A DNA stretch of 64,000 nt from Phoronis australis (taxonomy: Eukaryota; Animalia; Phoronida): the NCBI GenBank assembly GCA_002633005.1, contig NMRA01000029.1:1407796-1471795 (forward strand). Direction: 5' to 3'. How positions within the stretch are numbered: the stretch's first letter is position 1; every line of letters starts with the position of its first letter. The position numbers and the translations under genes are program-made. The notes below the pieces were generated by a model. It had not been told where the DNA came from. It saw only the letters and a list, made by a program, of their open reading frames with translations, and searched no databases. This document shows positions 11,171 to 24,091 of this stretch, piece by piece.

Positions 11171-12529
11171 AGGAGAATGCAACCCAATTTAATTAGTCTT
11201 TTTTACCGTCTTAAGCGGTCTATATACACATCGCCTCTTATACGGTCGACCTCACCTTGCCGAAAGGTGTCGCGTTAACCTGTGAGGAAGGTGAGAAACG
11301 ACGCAGCGACATCAGTGGTTTGTCTGCAGAGTGAATGCGGATATATTGCGTGGTGCATCGTTCCCACTTGTCCGAACTATGAAGCTGCGAAGAAAGCGGG
11401 TATATCGTTTTTTCGACTTCCTCGAGATCCCGAAATGCTTAGGAAGTGGCTCGCAGTAGTGAAGAATGAATGGTTGCTGTTAATAGCAAGTATGAGGTCG
11501 TGAAACATCTCCGTGTCTGTGGCCGGCATTTCGTCAACAGTGATTTCTCTGACAAATTCCGGCTTACTAAAGAACTATCCATACGTTCCGTTGCCTGTGC
11601 ATGTTCACGGCGCCTCTCTAGTATTTCTTAATCAGTGCATTCCCGTTCGAACTGATAGCCTGTGAAACCTAATGATCCCGCCGACCCGTGAAGTCTTCGT
11701 CGGATGAGCTCTTGACTAAGTCGGGATTGGCGCTGGGCGAGTTGCCTTGTAAACGTTTATGATTCTGCGTTCTGTTTCAAAATGAATTATTCTCATCCTA
11801 AAATGATCCTAACCAATGCTTATATGAAACTGAAACAAAGTCTGTTTCATTAGGTAGAAGTAATGCCTTGGAGTGCTCGTGAGCGCAAATGTTTGGAGAA
11901 GCCAGCAATGAATAATTACTTGCACATTATTTCTTTGACTCATTTCGTGACTGGAGGTTAAGTTTACGACTCAAGCTGGTTTATGTTCGTTCCAGTTCCG
12001 GCGGCCGCAACAGGCCTGATCGGGTTCCGAGCCACTGGCCGGGAAGCGTTTTGTGTGTTTAGAACTCAAACAATCACAAGTATAAAAAACACAGATCTAG
12101 GTTCTCCTGTCTGTATTTCACAGAAGAATACTTCGAATTTATCTCCGAACAGACCCCAAACACCTGCTATGGACCTTGGTTAATTGGTCTGCCGAACTTT
12201 GTAGGCTACGGTGTGCTCAAATACCAGTAAATCTGTAGCAGCGAAATAAAACAACACGTTTTTATGAGAACTTGGTGTATTTTTAAGGGTTTTACATCGA
12301 AGTTTGATGATTTATTGGTGTTAAAAGATGAATTCAAACAATAAGCTGACACCACTAACCCGTGTTGTGAACTGCTGAACAGACTACGTGTGAAACCGTC
12401 ATTGGATAGTTTCAACACCTTCGTCTGCCGTCAGGTGTCAGGTAACGCAACCGAACCTTTCGTTATCGATTAGAACAACTCGATCTAAATTGATACAAAA
12501 TTGATGGTTTTTTTGGGTGGCATTCTCCT
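11171..12529 (+). mobile_element. Kolobok-like DNA transposon, internally deleted, with THAP relic
   Basis: TTAA on both flanks (11167-70 and 12530-33). 17-bp TIR AGGAGAATGC(A/C)ACCCAA. Internal THAP zinc-finger remnant. TTAA TSD, RR termini and THAP fit Kolobok. Confidence 0.8.
11351..11560 (+). pseudogene. Frameshifted THAP (C2CH) domain of the Kolobok-like transposase
   Basis: WCIVPTCPN...GISFFRLPRDPEMLRKWLAVVK, then in another frame KHLRVCGRHFVNSDF. No ATG at the expected start. Confidence 0.8.
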
Positions 12530-14494
12530 TTAAAAAACTACCCACAAAAAACTTCACTAAAAATAACAATTTACATTAGTGCTTTTCAAACCAAACACAG
12601 AACTAAACTTGTTTTGTCACAAAACAAATGTTTTATTTAAATCACTTGGTCTTAAACTCTTACTTCAGTCAACGTAGAGGTGATTTTGGATGTACGGATT
12701 GGGTTCTACATATTGTCTTATTACAGCAGCTCATTTTATGCCCTACATCAGGGCTTATGTAAGTAATAATCAATTGTCAGACTTCAAAGCCCAAAAAATT
12801 ACTTCGAATCTGAGTTTGGTACAAGGAGAGATGAGTTTTTAAGCTGTACATGTTCTAAATAAAACTGATGAAGCCCTAGTTGATAGATGTTTTTAAGTTC
12901 ATGTTTTAAGGCCAGCTGCTGATTTAGTCCCCGGAAGTCCTCGCTGACAAAGGAATTGGAAACAACGGTTCATCAAGACTGGGCACTGAACAAAACACCT
13001 CAAGATTGTTTGATGTATGCTCTGGCAACCAAACAAGACTTACATTTTATCAAGACGGGCTACGCTCAAGCATAGGAATCCAATTTGTCACAAGCAAAGG
13101 GACAAAACGAACCACGGGGACGTTCCTAATTTTTCTTAAAAACCGGCTGAAAAGCTCGAATTACTGCGATTGCTTGGCAAAATTATATACACAACACGTG
13201 GTGACGATGTGAATATGAAGAAGATTGAAAATTGGCAAATGGTTTTAAGAACGAGTTTTTTGGCGAAAATGATCTGCCGCAAACCACTAAACCGTGTACA
13301 GTAAGTATGGTGATGTGGTGCTGGGGAATAGGACTGCATGATGCGGGCTACGTGAGCCTGCGAGGTACGTCATTAGTGCAAAGGTCGCCTATTTGCAGAA
13401 TTCTTTGTCGTCACATTTACAAGCTGTCAATGAATACAACTAGACTTTGTTTAGCGTACGTGATGCTCAAATAGCAATGCAGTTTAGTTCCCGCTATACA
13501 TTAGCACAAATACATCTTCAATTTTATTTTAAAGAATATATACTAAACGTCCACAACTGGAAATTTGACGTTAATTAATGTTTACAACGTACTATCAAAA
13601 ATTATCAAGTCTTATTAGGCCACTTTTCCAAATTAGTATACCGGAATTGTGTTAATGCCTTCAGTTGGGACTATCAATTTACACTCATTTTGATGCCTAT
13701 AAATTAGGCCAGAAGTGTGGTTCACTACATTCCTTTGTCTGACTCAATCTGGATACATACAAACGGTCTGAAGCACACACAGCAACAGCCCATTTGTGTA
13801 ATTTCCATACTAATTACTGGGTCAAGAACAAAAATTACAAAATTAAGTACATTATCCAATTACTGTATCGTTCTTGCTAGGGTTGGCATGATCCATACTA
13901 TGATTTCCATGCAATTTGACGCCGCTGTCACGAAAAGACACCGTCATTATTACGCCCGTTCTCTTCAGTTACATTTGTATCTGACACTAAACAAACGCTA
14001 TCAACTGTTTAAACCAAATGAACTTTTTTCTGGGAGTTGGACCAAAACACTGCCACCGAACACGCTTGAATCCTAATTAAGCACACGACTCGTGCTCAGC
14101 ATTTGTCACAGTGTTAAAGGACAGTACAGCGCCACCTTCCATACCAAAGTTTTGGATTGTGTTATTTGTCAGATTAGCATTCCTAATTACGCATGAAAAA
14201 ACCATGTAATGAATGTCGGTCGCTTACACTGAAAAATTGACCGACGCTAAACTTCATTTACGCCAGTTTGAAATTGGCAAATTTGGCTTGACCAAATTAA
14301 CAATGTATGCGACTTAACTATGAGTATTAACATTAATAATAATAAAAACAAAAAGAAAGGTAATGTGCATGATATTCCATACCACATAAAGTGACATTGT
14401 GCAGGGCACGACAACCAATTATATCAGCACACGATCAAATGAAACAAGGCTACAGTTGTAATGCAATACTTCCAACTATAATTTTAAGACTGTA

Positions 14495-14675
14495 CTTCTT
14501 TGAGCCGTATCTTAAGTTACCACTACCTGATAGCCTTATTCAAGCGTTTACTTGGTTACGGTTACGCTACTCCAGCCATAGACTACGAGTGGAAGTGGGT
14601 AGGCACGAGAAAGTGGCATATTATTATTATTATGTTTGATTTGCAATGATGGTCTTGTCGAGGATGAATACAAAT
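14495..14675 (+). mobile_element. Degenerate non-LTR retrotransposon (RTEX/CR1/L2-type) ORF2 C-terminal fragment
   Basis: FEPYL...AFTWLRLRYSSHRLRVEVGRH, then frameshifted CLICNDGLVEDEY. This matches the R-x-SSH-x-L-x-IE-x-GR...CxxC...EDExH tail motif. Confidence 0.7.
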
Positions 14676-16278
14676 GAATGACCAGTCGGGGATATCCCCA
14701 ATACATAACATTACTGACTGTAATTAAACCAGCTTAAGCCAATCACATATCATTGGTGTTGTGCACAAAGCTGTGTGGAATAGGTTACAGCCAATTAGTG
14801 CCTTTAAAGTACACCCAGTAGTTAATTTATAAAGAGGATCATGCAGCCTTGAAATGTACCCAGGACTGCATTGCAAATGGCAAGCTTCTAGGGATGTTCT
14901 ATTGGTATCATAAAAAGTCCACTACAAGGTGCGTCAAGCCTGATTGAAAATTGGAAGGCATCGTTGTCCCCCTAATTATTTGCCACATTTCATCAAATTC
15001 ATTGACAAACTCAAAAGATAGAGGAAATCGCAAAAAATCACAATTCACTTGGAGGCATAGTGGTAATAAAACTGTCCGTGGGATACCACAGCATTAGAAC
15101 TCGCCTTTGTCAAGGAAGTAAGAAAGCACGTGCCTAGTTTTGGAATTCCAGAAACCATCAAGGTGTATAGCCGGGGAAACATTCCAGATTTCAACTACTT
15201 TACCGTAAAATTACCAAAACCAAAAAGGGTACAATCAAAGGAGATTCTGCTCTGTTCAAAGTTAACTCGACGAACCTGTTTGATCCAATAGCTCTACATT
15301 TTCTTGTCTTTGAATTATGACTCTCCAAAAAGTTAAAGCTACACAGCAACAGGCACTATACGCCTGGACAGAGATGACAGCAATATGCACCCACATATGT
15401 ATATGTTGCCACATAAAAACAAGTGATGGCTCGTCATTTAAGCTGCTTAGTTTTATATTGAAAAGTTTATGACAAAACCAGTGGGGGAAATGGAATTTAG
15501 CCAAGCATTTTTGCTTTAGATAAGCCACTGTGTTTCAGAAAAAAGCACACAACCACTTATTATTTTAAACGACTTCTTCTTATCACATGACAGCATAAAA
15601 TCATTTTGGAGCCTCAGATGCGAGTCCCACGCCTGAACACCACAAAGAGCAGGATCACTATATTAATATTAGATGTTCTGCTTTTCGGCCACATTCGGAC
15701 AGTGCCTCTATATTAATATAGGCAACCCTGCCCAAAACTGACCGAAGAGCGGGGTGCTCTATATGGGCCCCACTTTTCAGTCACCTTAGGATGGGGCCCA
15801 CAATGTAAGTATTGGAATTTTTGAATAAAATGTTAAGTATTCTACTACTAATAAAATTGTGGACAAAGTTTATTTAGAATTTTGGTGCAGAAACTTTGTG
15901 TTTGTGGAAAATTCGGCAAACTTCATGAATAATCAACCTTTTGGAAAAACACACAATCATTATTTTCGTGCACATAATTAATATTCTGTGATCAACAAAA
16001 ATTTTAAAAATACATAATTTTTGAGTCTATCAATAATACTTTAACTCACTTAAAAAATCCAACTTTAAGCATATATACATCCTGCAGCTCTCCCAAACAC
16101 CATCATGAGCAGATGATGCATTGAAGAAACACACATCACATTTGACTGTTTAACCCTAGGTGAAACACCTAGGTGGGCTTATACAGGCAGTTTAGCAGAA
16201 CAAAACAGTAGCAATCATCTGTATCCAGCTGGCCTAAATAAACAGTCTCATGTTATAGGTCTGCGCTGTGCTACCTAC

Positions 16279-16320
16279 CTTGCGTTCAAACATGGCATCA
16301 ATGACTTGATTTGTCTGTTC
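16279..16320 (-). CDS. PRKAR2: PKA-RII coding exon 5
   Basis: tttcag|GAACAG...CGCAAG|gtaggt encodes EQTNQVIDAMFERK. Phase 0-0. Confidence 0.93.
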
Positions 16321-17811
16321 CTGAAATTTGAAACACAAGGTTACTCGTTACTCCGCTTAACACTAGGAAAAACAAACAACACAGACACTAACACAAAGCA
16401 TTAGCATCTAACTGAAAATCATACCATGAGAAACAACATTTTCGGTGTGAATGACATGAATGATCAGCGAATGATTAGAGGCAGAATCAACAAACTTGCA
16501 ATAAAAGGGAATGTAACCGTTTTTAATGTTAAAGTAGCATATCCCTGGTTGTGTTGGTGATAGTCTTCACTGTAATTACTATTCTAACGCCATGTAATAA
16601 CTACCCAAGGAAGATTAGAGCACAACGTGAATGGTCCACAAAAAGAATGCATGCATCTAGGTTTAGCATAGACTTTCGTAGAATAAACACATTGTTCTAC
16701 TCCTTGTTGAACACTGTCTGTGTCGGCCATTGTGTTTGCTCAGTGGAAGTGAACACAGAACCAAGATACGGGTGTTTCCCAGGCTCGTTAACCTCACTTT
16801 CCACTGCTGCATGCATAGCAGATACACGCTAATTAGAACAGTAATTAACACTGAAAAATGCACTCCAAGATTACTAGGCATCTGTATTTTTACAAAAAGA
16901 AACATCTGATACCGTTGCATTACTCTTAATAAAAGTACAATATTTCATGCTTGTGTGCAGCTGCATTTTGCTTCAAATCAAATACAGTTTTTAGCACCTC
17001 ACTTTGCAACCAAGGCCCTCCCCCCAGGTTGCACGCACTGTTGTCGATTTTCAAACTGTGAAGCAATCATTTTTAACCAGACCACTTTCTGCCATAAAAA
17101 AACGATTTACTTGTTATTGTTGAAAACTGGCGTCAATAAAAAGGAGTTGACAGGCTGTCACCTTGTGAGCCAAAAGAAATATACTGTCCGTCACAGCACC
17201 ACCTACATGTGAAAGGATGATCAGAGTGCAAAAATCAATATGTGGCCAATCAGTGTGCATGCCTCGTATGTGGCCAATCAGTGTGCACGCCTCGATCTGG
17301 ACATCCACTGTATACATAGGGTAGATGAAGGAACCAGAAATGTATAGCGAATGGTTTTGTTATTTTATCCGATAAATTGTTACCCGCGGTCTTTCAAAAA
17401 TGCAAACTTGAGATGAAGTAGTTAATTTAGTCTAATCTTGTTGCTATAGTAGCAACAAGTCATAAAGGCATTCCTCAATAGATGGAGCAGCATTCTTTTG
17501 CATTTCTAAACATCAACAAATCGGAATGCCTGGAAGTTATTTTTTAGCCAATTCGATTGTCCGAATGTAACCCTGTTCTGCTAACCAATTAGAACCCATG
17601 TTACATGATCATTTCAAAGTGGTAACCTTTGTAGCAGTGGGAAAGTGTTTAAAGTACTATGGCCCTTGATCTAACAGAAATAGGTTAGTTTTATTGACTG
17701 AACACTACAGAGAGCTATTACTTGCCACTGAGATGACTTAAAATGAACTGGACACAATAACTGAAGAGAAAACATAGGGTAAGCCCGAAACTTGTATACA
17801 ATTTTACTTAC

Positions 17812-17898
17812 TAACTCCAGCGACCTGAATAACAAGATCATCTTCACAGCCTCGCTTAGTCGTCTCCTCTGTTCATCTGTTTTGGGGTATACCTTAAA
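17812..17898 (-). CDS. PRKAR2: PKA-RII coding exon 4
   Basis: ttacag|TTTAAGGTATAC...GAGTTA|gtaagt encodes FKVYPKTDEQRRRLSEAVKMILLFRSLEL. Phase 0-0. Confidence 0.93.
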
Positions 17899-18269
17899 CT
17901 GTAATCAAACCACACACTGGTTATATTCTATTTCTGATCATACCCATTCTCTTATTTCATAACAACCAATAATTGCCCAACATGACCAGTGGATGTTGTA
18001 AGGAGGCATCATCACTGAATACACACCCAGAGTTTCAAGTAGCCCTGGAAATGAACATGAATGCAGGAATTCTGATGGTCACAAGATGACACCAGGACAC
18101 ATCACTTGCATGTTTTCAGAATCTAAGCATATCAGTTACTTTTACATAGCAAGAGAAGTAATGATGAACTATTTAGTGTCCCTAAACAGTGCAGCAGGTA
18201 AAAGTAAAGTACTCAACACTGACTCTACTACACCTTGCAAGGGCCTCACAAGTAGACACCATGCACTTA

Positions 18270-18528
18270 CCATAAGTTCGCAGGTTAATGCCCTGGGCGC
18301 TTAAATTGGGAAAGCTTTTGGCAGGGGGGTGGGCGATTACCCACGCAGAAGGTGCTTAAAAAGAACAATTGGGGATGAGCGATTACCCAAGAGGTGGGCG
18401 CTCAGGTGAAATTTGCACAAAGTAGGGGATGGTCGATTACTCAAGCAGTAGGCGCTTAAAACCAAAAATTGACCAAAAGTCGGGTATGGCGATTACACGG
18501 GCATGGGCGTTGACCCGCGAGTTTACGG
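18270..18528. mobile_element. Old pogo/Tc1-like MITE
   Basis: Degenerate TIRs CCATAAGTTCGCAGGTTAATGCCC and (rc) CCGTAAACTCGCGGGTCAACGCCC. TA on the left flank. Internal GGGCGATTAC repeats. Confidence 0.6.
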
Positions 18529-19757
18529 AAGTAGACAACGGCTTCACCAAGCACTTGACGCTCTTCACAACAGAAAATTTCAAACTCAAAAGGACTGAAT
18601 TACAAAATTCCTGAACATGTTCAAAACTCCATGTTTGTGTGAGGGATTTGGTTTAGAATCAGTACGGTAAAATCTACATCCAATCTTGGAACAACATAGC
18701 CAATATTAATGCCTTTCCATGTTCAATTTTTGCACTACTGCTAACATCAAAGTTATGAAAAATGTTAGACGCCCTTGAAAAAATGAGAACAGCGGCAGTT
18801 ATTTTTGTTAGAAATTTGTTACATTTTACCATACACAAAATTGGTGCCAAACATCCAAAATGTCTTGCTGTAGCAAAGAAATGACTTATCTTCTATGAGT
18901 TCATTGTCCATCAAACCCCTCCGACACCTGCCAAACAAACTAGTCACTGGCAAAATTCAAACTGTTTAGCATGACAATTCAAATCTGGTTGTGGAGAACA
19001 ACAGCATCATCCAACATTGATGCTGGCAAAACTCCTCAAACAGATTCTTTACATGAGGTCAATTGGCTTTCCAATGACTAGTACCTTTTCCACTTCTAGA
19101 CAATCAATACAGAATAGACTGTTAAAACACAGAGTGCAGACATATCCAGTTTCACAGAGTCAATGATGCCTGTCTTGTGTGTCTAATACATCCAGCTCCT
19201 TAAAGAGCCTTTGAAACAAACAGCTCAGGAAGCGAAATATGAGCACCACGCCAAGGATGTGATCCACTAGCGAGTCAGAGTAATCCACTAGCTAGAAACA
19301 TGTTGTACCAGTATGTAGCATGTTGTACCAGTATGTAGCAAATTGCTTGGAAATAACAAGCAAGATACTGGTATACTCACCTTGTTACCAGCACCTTAAC
19401 CAGAGTAAACATTCTTCAATCACAGGCAAATACGATACAAAATGCCCCAATTTTTCCATTCATTTAAGGTACTATGCTGCAGCTATGTTAGAAGGATACT
19501 AAGCCTGGCATTGGCATCTTGACGGATATTGACATTAACTTTTCCAACCAGGTCTCAAGAACAAAACGGTGCCTTGTAACCCAGGACACTCCTCATGAGT
19601 TGAGTAAGGAGCAAATTGTGGAAACTGCTTACAAAATTTGCTGAAGGTGCAATAGCTTCAAGTTAGGGAGGTGTACCACAACTGTAGGGAGGGACCACCC
19701 AACAACAACCATAAAAACACACATTCTGTGAGTATGTGTTTTAGTCGAATCCTTCTT

Positions 19758-21048
19758 TTGTCACACAGTAAAATGTCAATGGTGCATCCAAATGAGACAA
19801 AACAAGTCTCACTTTGAAATCACTCAATGGTATCCTATTAACTGGTAGCCCGTTAACGATACAAAGTGTGCCTAAATTGGCATCAGTAGTAAGATTTTAT
19901 TTGATGACAAATTTGACGAAACAAAATTCAAATTGTCCACCATATTGTATCCTAAATTGAAGAATCTTTGGAGTACAAACCAGAATCACCAGCATAATTT
20001 GCATAAACCAGCAGAAACATGCCGGCTTAACAATGATGGCAAAATGATGGCTAACTAGAAGTACTCAGTGGTACTCAACAAAATATGCGACTCACGGGGA
20101 GGCAGAAGAAAAACTTTGAGACCCACCCATGAGGGTGGATTCCATATATTAACCATTCCATAATCACTCTTGGACAGCTCAATTTCAACCCAGTCATTAA
20201 GCCTTAACTAAACAGTACACAAATATAGATAATACATTAAAAACCTGTACATTGATTTGGTGAAAAAAGAATTTTGCTCGAAAAGCATCCTTTGGCAAGG
20301 AATTTTCTTTAAAAAGGCACTCTTTCATAGGAAAACTGGTCATGAGGGTCACCACTTCTATAGGAGTACCTGTACCTCCCCAGTACCTTCCCTGTACCTC
20401 NTTGTCACACAGTAAAATGTCAATGGTGCATCCAAATGAGACAAAACAAGTCTCACTTTGAAATCACTCAATGGTATCCTATTAACTGGTAGCCCGTTAA
20501 CGATACAAAGTGTGCCTAAATTGGCATCAGTAGTAAGATTTTATTTGATGACAAATTTGACGAAACAAAATTCAAATTGTCCACCATATTGTATCCTAAA
20601 TTGAAGAATCTTTGGAGTACAAACCAGAATCACCAGCATAATTTGCATAAACCAGCAGAAACATGCCGGCTTAACAATGATGGCAAAATGATGGCTAACT
20701 AGAAGTACTCAGTGGTACTCAACAAAATATGCGACTCACGGGGAGGCAGAAGAAAAACTTTGAGACCCACCCATGAGGGTGGATTCCACATATTAACCAT
20801 TCCATAATCACTCTTGGACAGCTCAATTTCAACCCAGTCATTAAGCCTTAACTAAACAGTACACAAATATAGATAATACATTAAAAACCTGTACATTGAT
20901 TTGGGATTTGGTGAAAAAAGAATTTTGCTCGAAAAGCATCCTTTGGCAAGGAATTTTCTTTAAAAAGGCACTCTTTCATAGGAAAACTGGTCACGAGGGT
21001 CACCACTTCTATAGGAGTACCTGTACCTCCCCAGTACCTTCCCTGTAC
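19758..21048. repeat. ~645-bp near-perfect tandem duplication split by a single N (probable assembly artefact)
   Basis: 19758-20400 and 20402-21048 differ by a few SNPs and a 7-bp indel. The N at 20401 sits exactly at the junction. Confidence 0.9.
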
Positions 21049-21099
21049 TTTCCCTGCCAGCTAGGTACCAGATATCAAGTCACGTAACATTTCACTTAC

Positions 21100-21149
21100 A
21101 GTTCTGTCATGATCGTCATCTGCTTCGGGGTCGTACCTCTCTGCGGCAA
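21100..21149 (-). CDS. PRKAR2: PKA-RII coding exon 3
   Basis: ttctag|TTGCCGCAGAG...AGAACT|gtaagt encodes (V)AAERYDPEADDDHDRT. Phase 1-0. Confidence 0.93.
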
Positions 21150-23800
21150 CTAGAAAAAACAAGGGATGCATGACCTGACGTAAGGCACTTTTGTTAGTCT
21201 AATACCAGCCAACAGCAAGTTTCACTTTCAACAATTTACATTAGTTTATTCACAATGCGTTGCATCAATAATCAAAGTTTTGTACCCATTTTTATCTCCC
21301 ATTCCTCATTTAGCTTTCACTCCTGTTTTTGTACATAACGCACATGTTTAGGCTGAATACCAGACTGCTCAAAACTCAGAGAGGTAAATACTTGACTACC
21401 ATCCAACTCCAAGCCAAGAAGACAATCCTAAATTGTTCACATTCCCAGGTAAACCTACAATCTTATATCAATTGAATGAGGAGCAGTAACAGTGTACATT
21501 GAACTTGCTTTGCAAGAGTTCTTCATCTGCTATTTTAATGGAGATTGATGGGCATTCCCTTTACAGTTTAAAACTTGTCATCATGTTTCATTACCAGGAA
21601 GAGTCATTGTGCATCATGTCGAGCAAGTGGATTTTCACCTGAAAAACATGCGTTTCAGCATACGGCAATTGTAAAAGAGTGTTGATGACGTATTCAGTTT
21701 ATGGCAAGCTGAACGCAGTCAAGACAGAAAAGTCATCAGAGTTAATGGTTAATTACTCATTAGAATTACACTCATCATAACTCAAGGGAGTTCTCGGTTA
21801 TTGGATTATATAGTAAAACAATTTTAACTTCATCAGATAGCGGTAAAAATGTAGCACATTAGTCACATAAAATGCACCAATAGGAAATTGGCAAAATGCA
21901 ACATCCAGTTCGTAGGCGATATCAATTGTAAGTCCAATTTAAATTTAAAATTGGTGCCTGAGATAAAAAGCCTATGGTGACTTGAATTCCAAACTCTGCC
22001 ACTGTGTTATCTAAAGATATCAGAAACTGAGGTCGATACTCTGGTCAACCGATTTCAGTACACTCCTGGGTTTTCACTGACAGTCCAACATACAGTATTG
22101 ACTGGCCTGACCAGTACTTCATAAAATAAGTGGGTTTGCAAAATAGTCATTTGCCCATAGAACTGTGGAGCTGGATGGCAAGGGTATTCTGTGCGCAGAC
22201 GTGCAAGGCCACCCACAGTTCACATGTAACTTGGAAAGAGATTTTAAAGCAATGGAATTTCACAGTTTTTTTATCTTCGCCATCACCATGCCAACACATC
22301 AGCAGTGTTGTACGACATGAAGTTCAAAAAATTTTTAAAAAGCCCAATAATGCTTATGGAAATTCTCCACTTATTTCGCCCAAAAATAATTGCAAAAAGT
22401 ATCATTTGTTTTCAATTTTCTAAGGTCATTTACTTTGTTACAAGTGATGCAAATGAGAAATTTGGTAAAATTTTATTTCACTTGTCGGCCACATTGTGTG
22501 CTAAATGGTGAAGAAGTACTGAACGGAATCTTCACGAATGAAGAAACAGGCATTTCTTCACAATGTAAACCCTGTCCGTCTTGACACCACCAGGATTTAA
22601 AATCAGGTCAAACAAGTCTTTTCGTGTTCTCACATCCTTCAAATCTATATGCCCAATGTTTCCAGTTGACATCGTTCTACTGTTTACGAGCCACTGCACG
22701 GGTTGTATGAATAGCGACGCAGGACATCACATGTATGCCCGGCCACCTTGGTTGGGTTCGGGACACAATACGGCGGAAGTGAATTTTACTTTTTCATTTT
22801 TCACACGAGCTATCCTAAGTAAGTGCCTTATTATTTGTAAGTTGTGTATCATGGCAATAAACAGGCATTGTGTCTAATTATGAGAAATTGTGAGCATTCA
22901 CAGGAATCAAACAATGAAAAAAGAACAATGTCAGCAATCATTTTGTCCGAATCTGGCAAGATTTCAACACCCAATTTAGCTGTGTCCACACCAGCAGATG
23001 GCCAAGCCCAACTTAGCATCGGCCTTGCAGTCAGGAATGATGAGAAGAGCCACTCTACACGAGTATGAGAGTAAGACATCTGTATGAACTAGAACTGCCA
23101 GAGTATTTGGTGGATAATTACTTATGAATAGTCATTTATGAACAATACAACTGTGGCATAATCAAATACAGATTCTAACATTCATGAATGAGGATTTAAT
23201 GAGGTGGGATTTCCCAGGATTTTTTATAAAACCTTTGCGACCATCAAACTGCCATTTCTGCAAGGGGGGTATTCAAATAATTCACACAGTATGTCCAACA
23301 TCATGTTCGTGAATGAAAGAATTTGCATATTAGGATAACTTGTACATCAATTCTGGCCGGAATTTGAAACTGTGGCATGGAACAGTCATTTTCATTTACA
23401 TGCTCTCATGGAGTTTAAAAGCAGCATGTCAAAATTGACATTATCTTCGGGGGGGGGGGGGATGCCTCTTCAGCTCTTAACGGACATAACCTGCCCTCCC
23501 TCAAAGTGATGGGGTGAACTCTCTTAATTTATGTCAGTTTAAAGCTGCATTCCCCTTCTTTAGTTGGCTAAAAATAAAAATCGAGCTAGGTCTTTAATCT
23601 CATAAAATCTGTCTTAAAAATATTCTTTACCATAACAGGATTTGATTTTGATAGCAATTCAATTTCCCAATTTTAGGGTTAGCCTGAATAAGAATCCTAG
23701 GACAGACAATGAAGATCATGAGACCCATTTTGTGAGAGTAAAAGGCCCAATTCTATTTACGACTCAGCTATTCAGGGTAAAATGCAGGATTTTGCCATAT

Positions 23801-24091
23801 CACAGGTGAGAAACAACATGACCGCCGGTCCTCTAAATCGGACTGACTCACCCAAAACAGGACCTCCGGTTACGTAATCACAAGGAGTATCATACAAAGA
23901 CATGATAACTGCATATTGTCCGGCGGTCACGTTCAGTCCCCAGCGGTCCTGTTTTGTGGTGGCGCGGTCATGTTTTTAGTTGCGTCAGTCCCATTTTCTG
24001 GTGCGGCGGTCCCATTTGACTCTCGGAGGTCCTGTTTTGGGTGAGTCAGTCTGATTTAGAGGACCGGCGGTCATGTTGTTTCTCACCGGTG
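23801..24091. mobile_element. MITE with CAC...GTG ends, 68-bp TIRs and 5-bp TSD (CATAT)
   Basis: 23801-23868 matches rc of 24024-24091 at 66/68. CATAT at 23796-23800 and 24092-24096. Internal ~21-bp GCGGTC-containing repeats. Confidence 0.88.
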
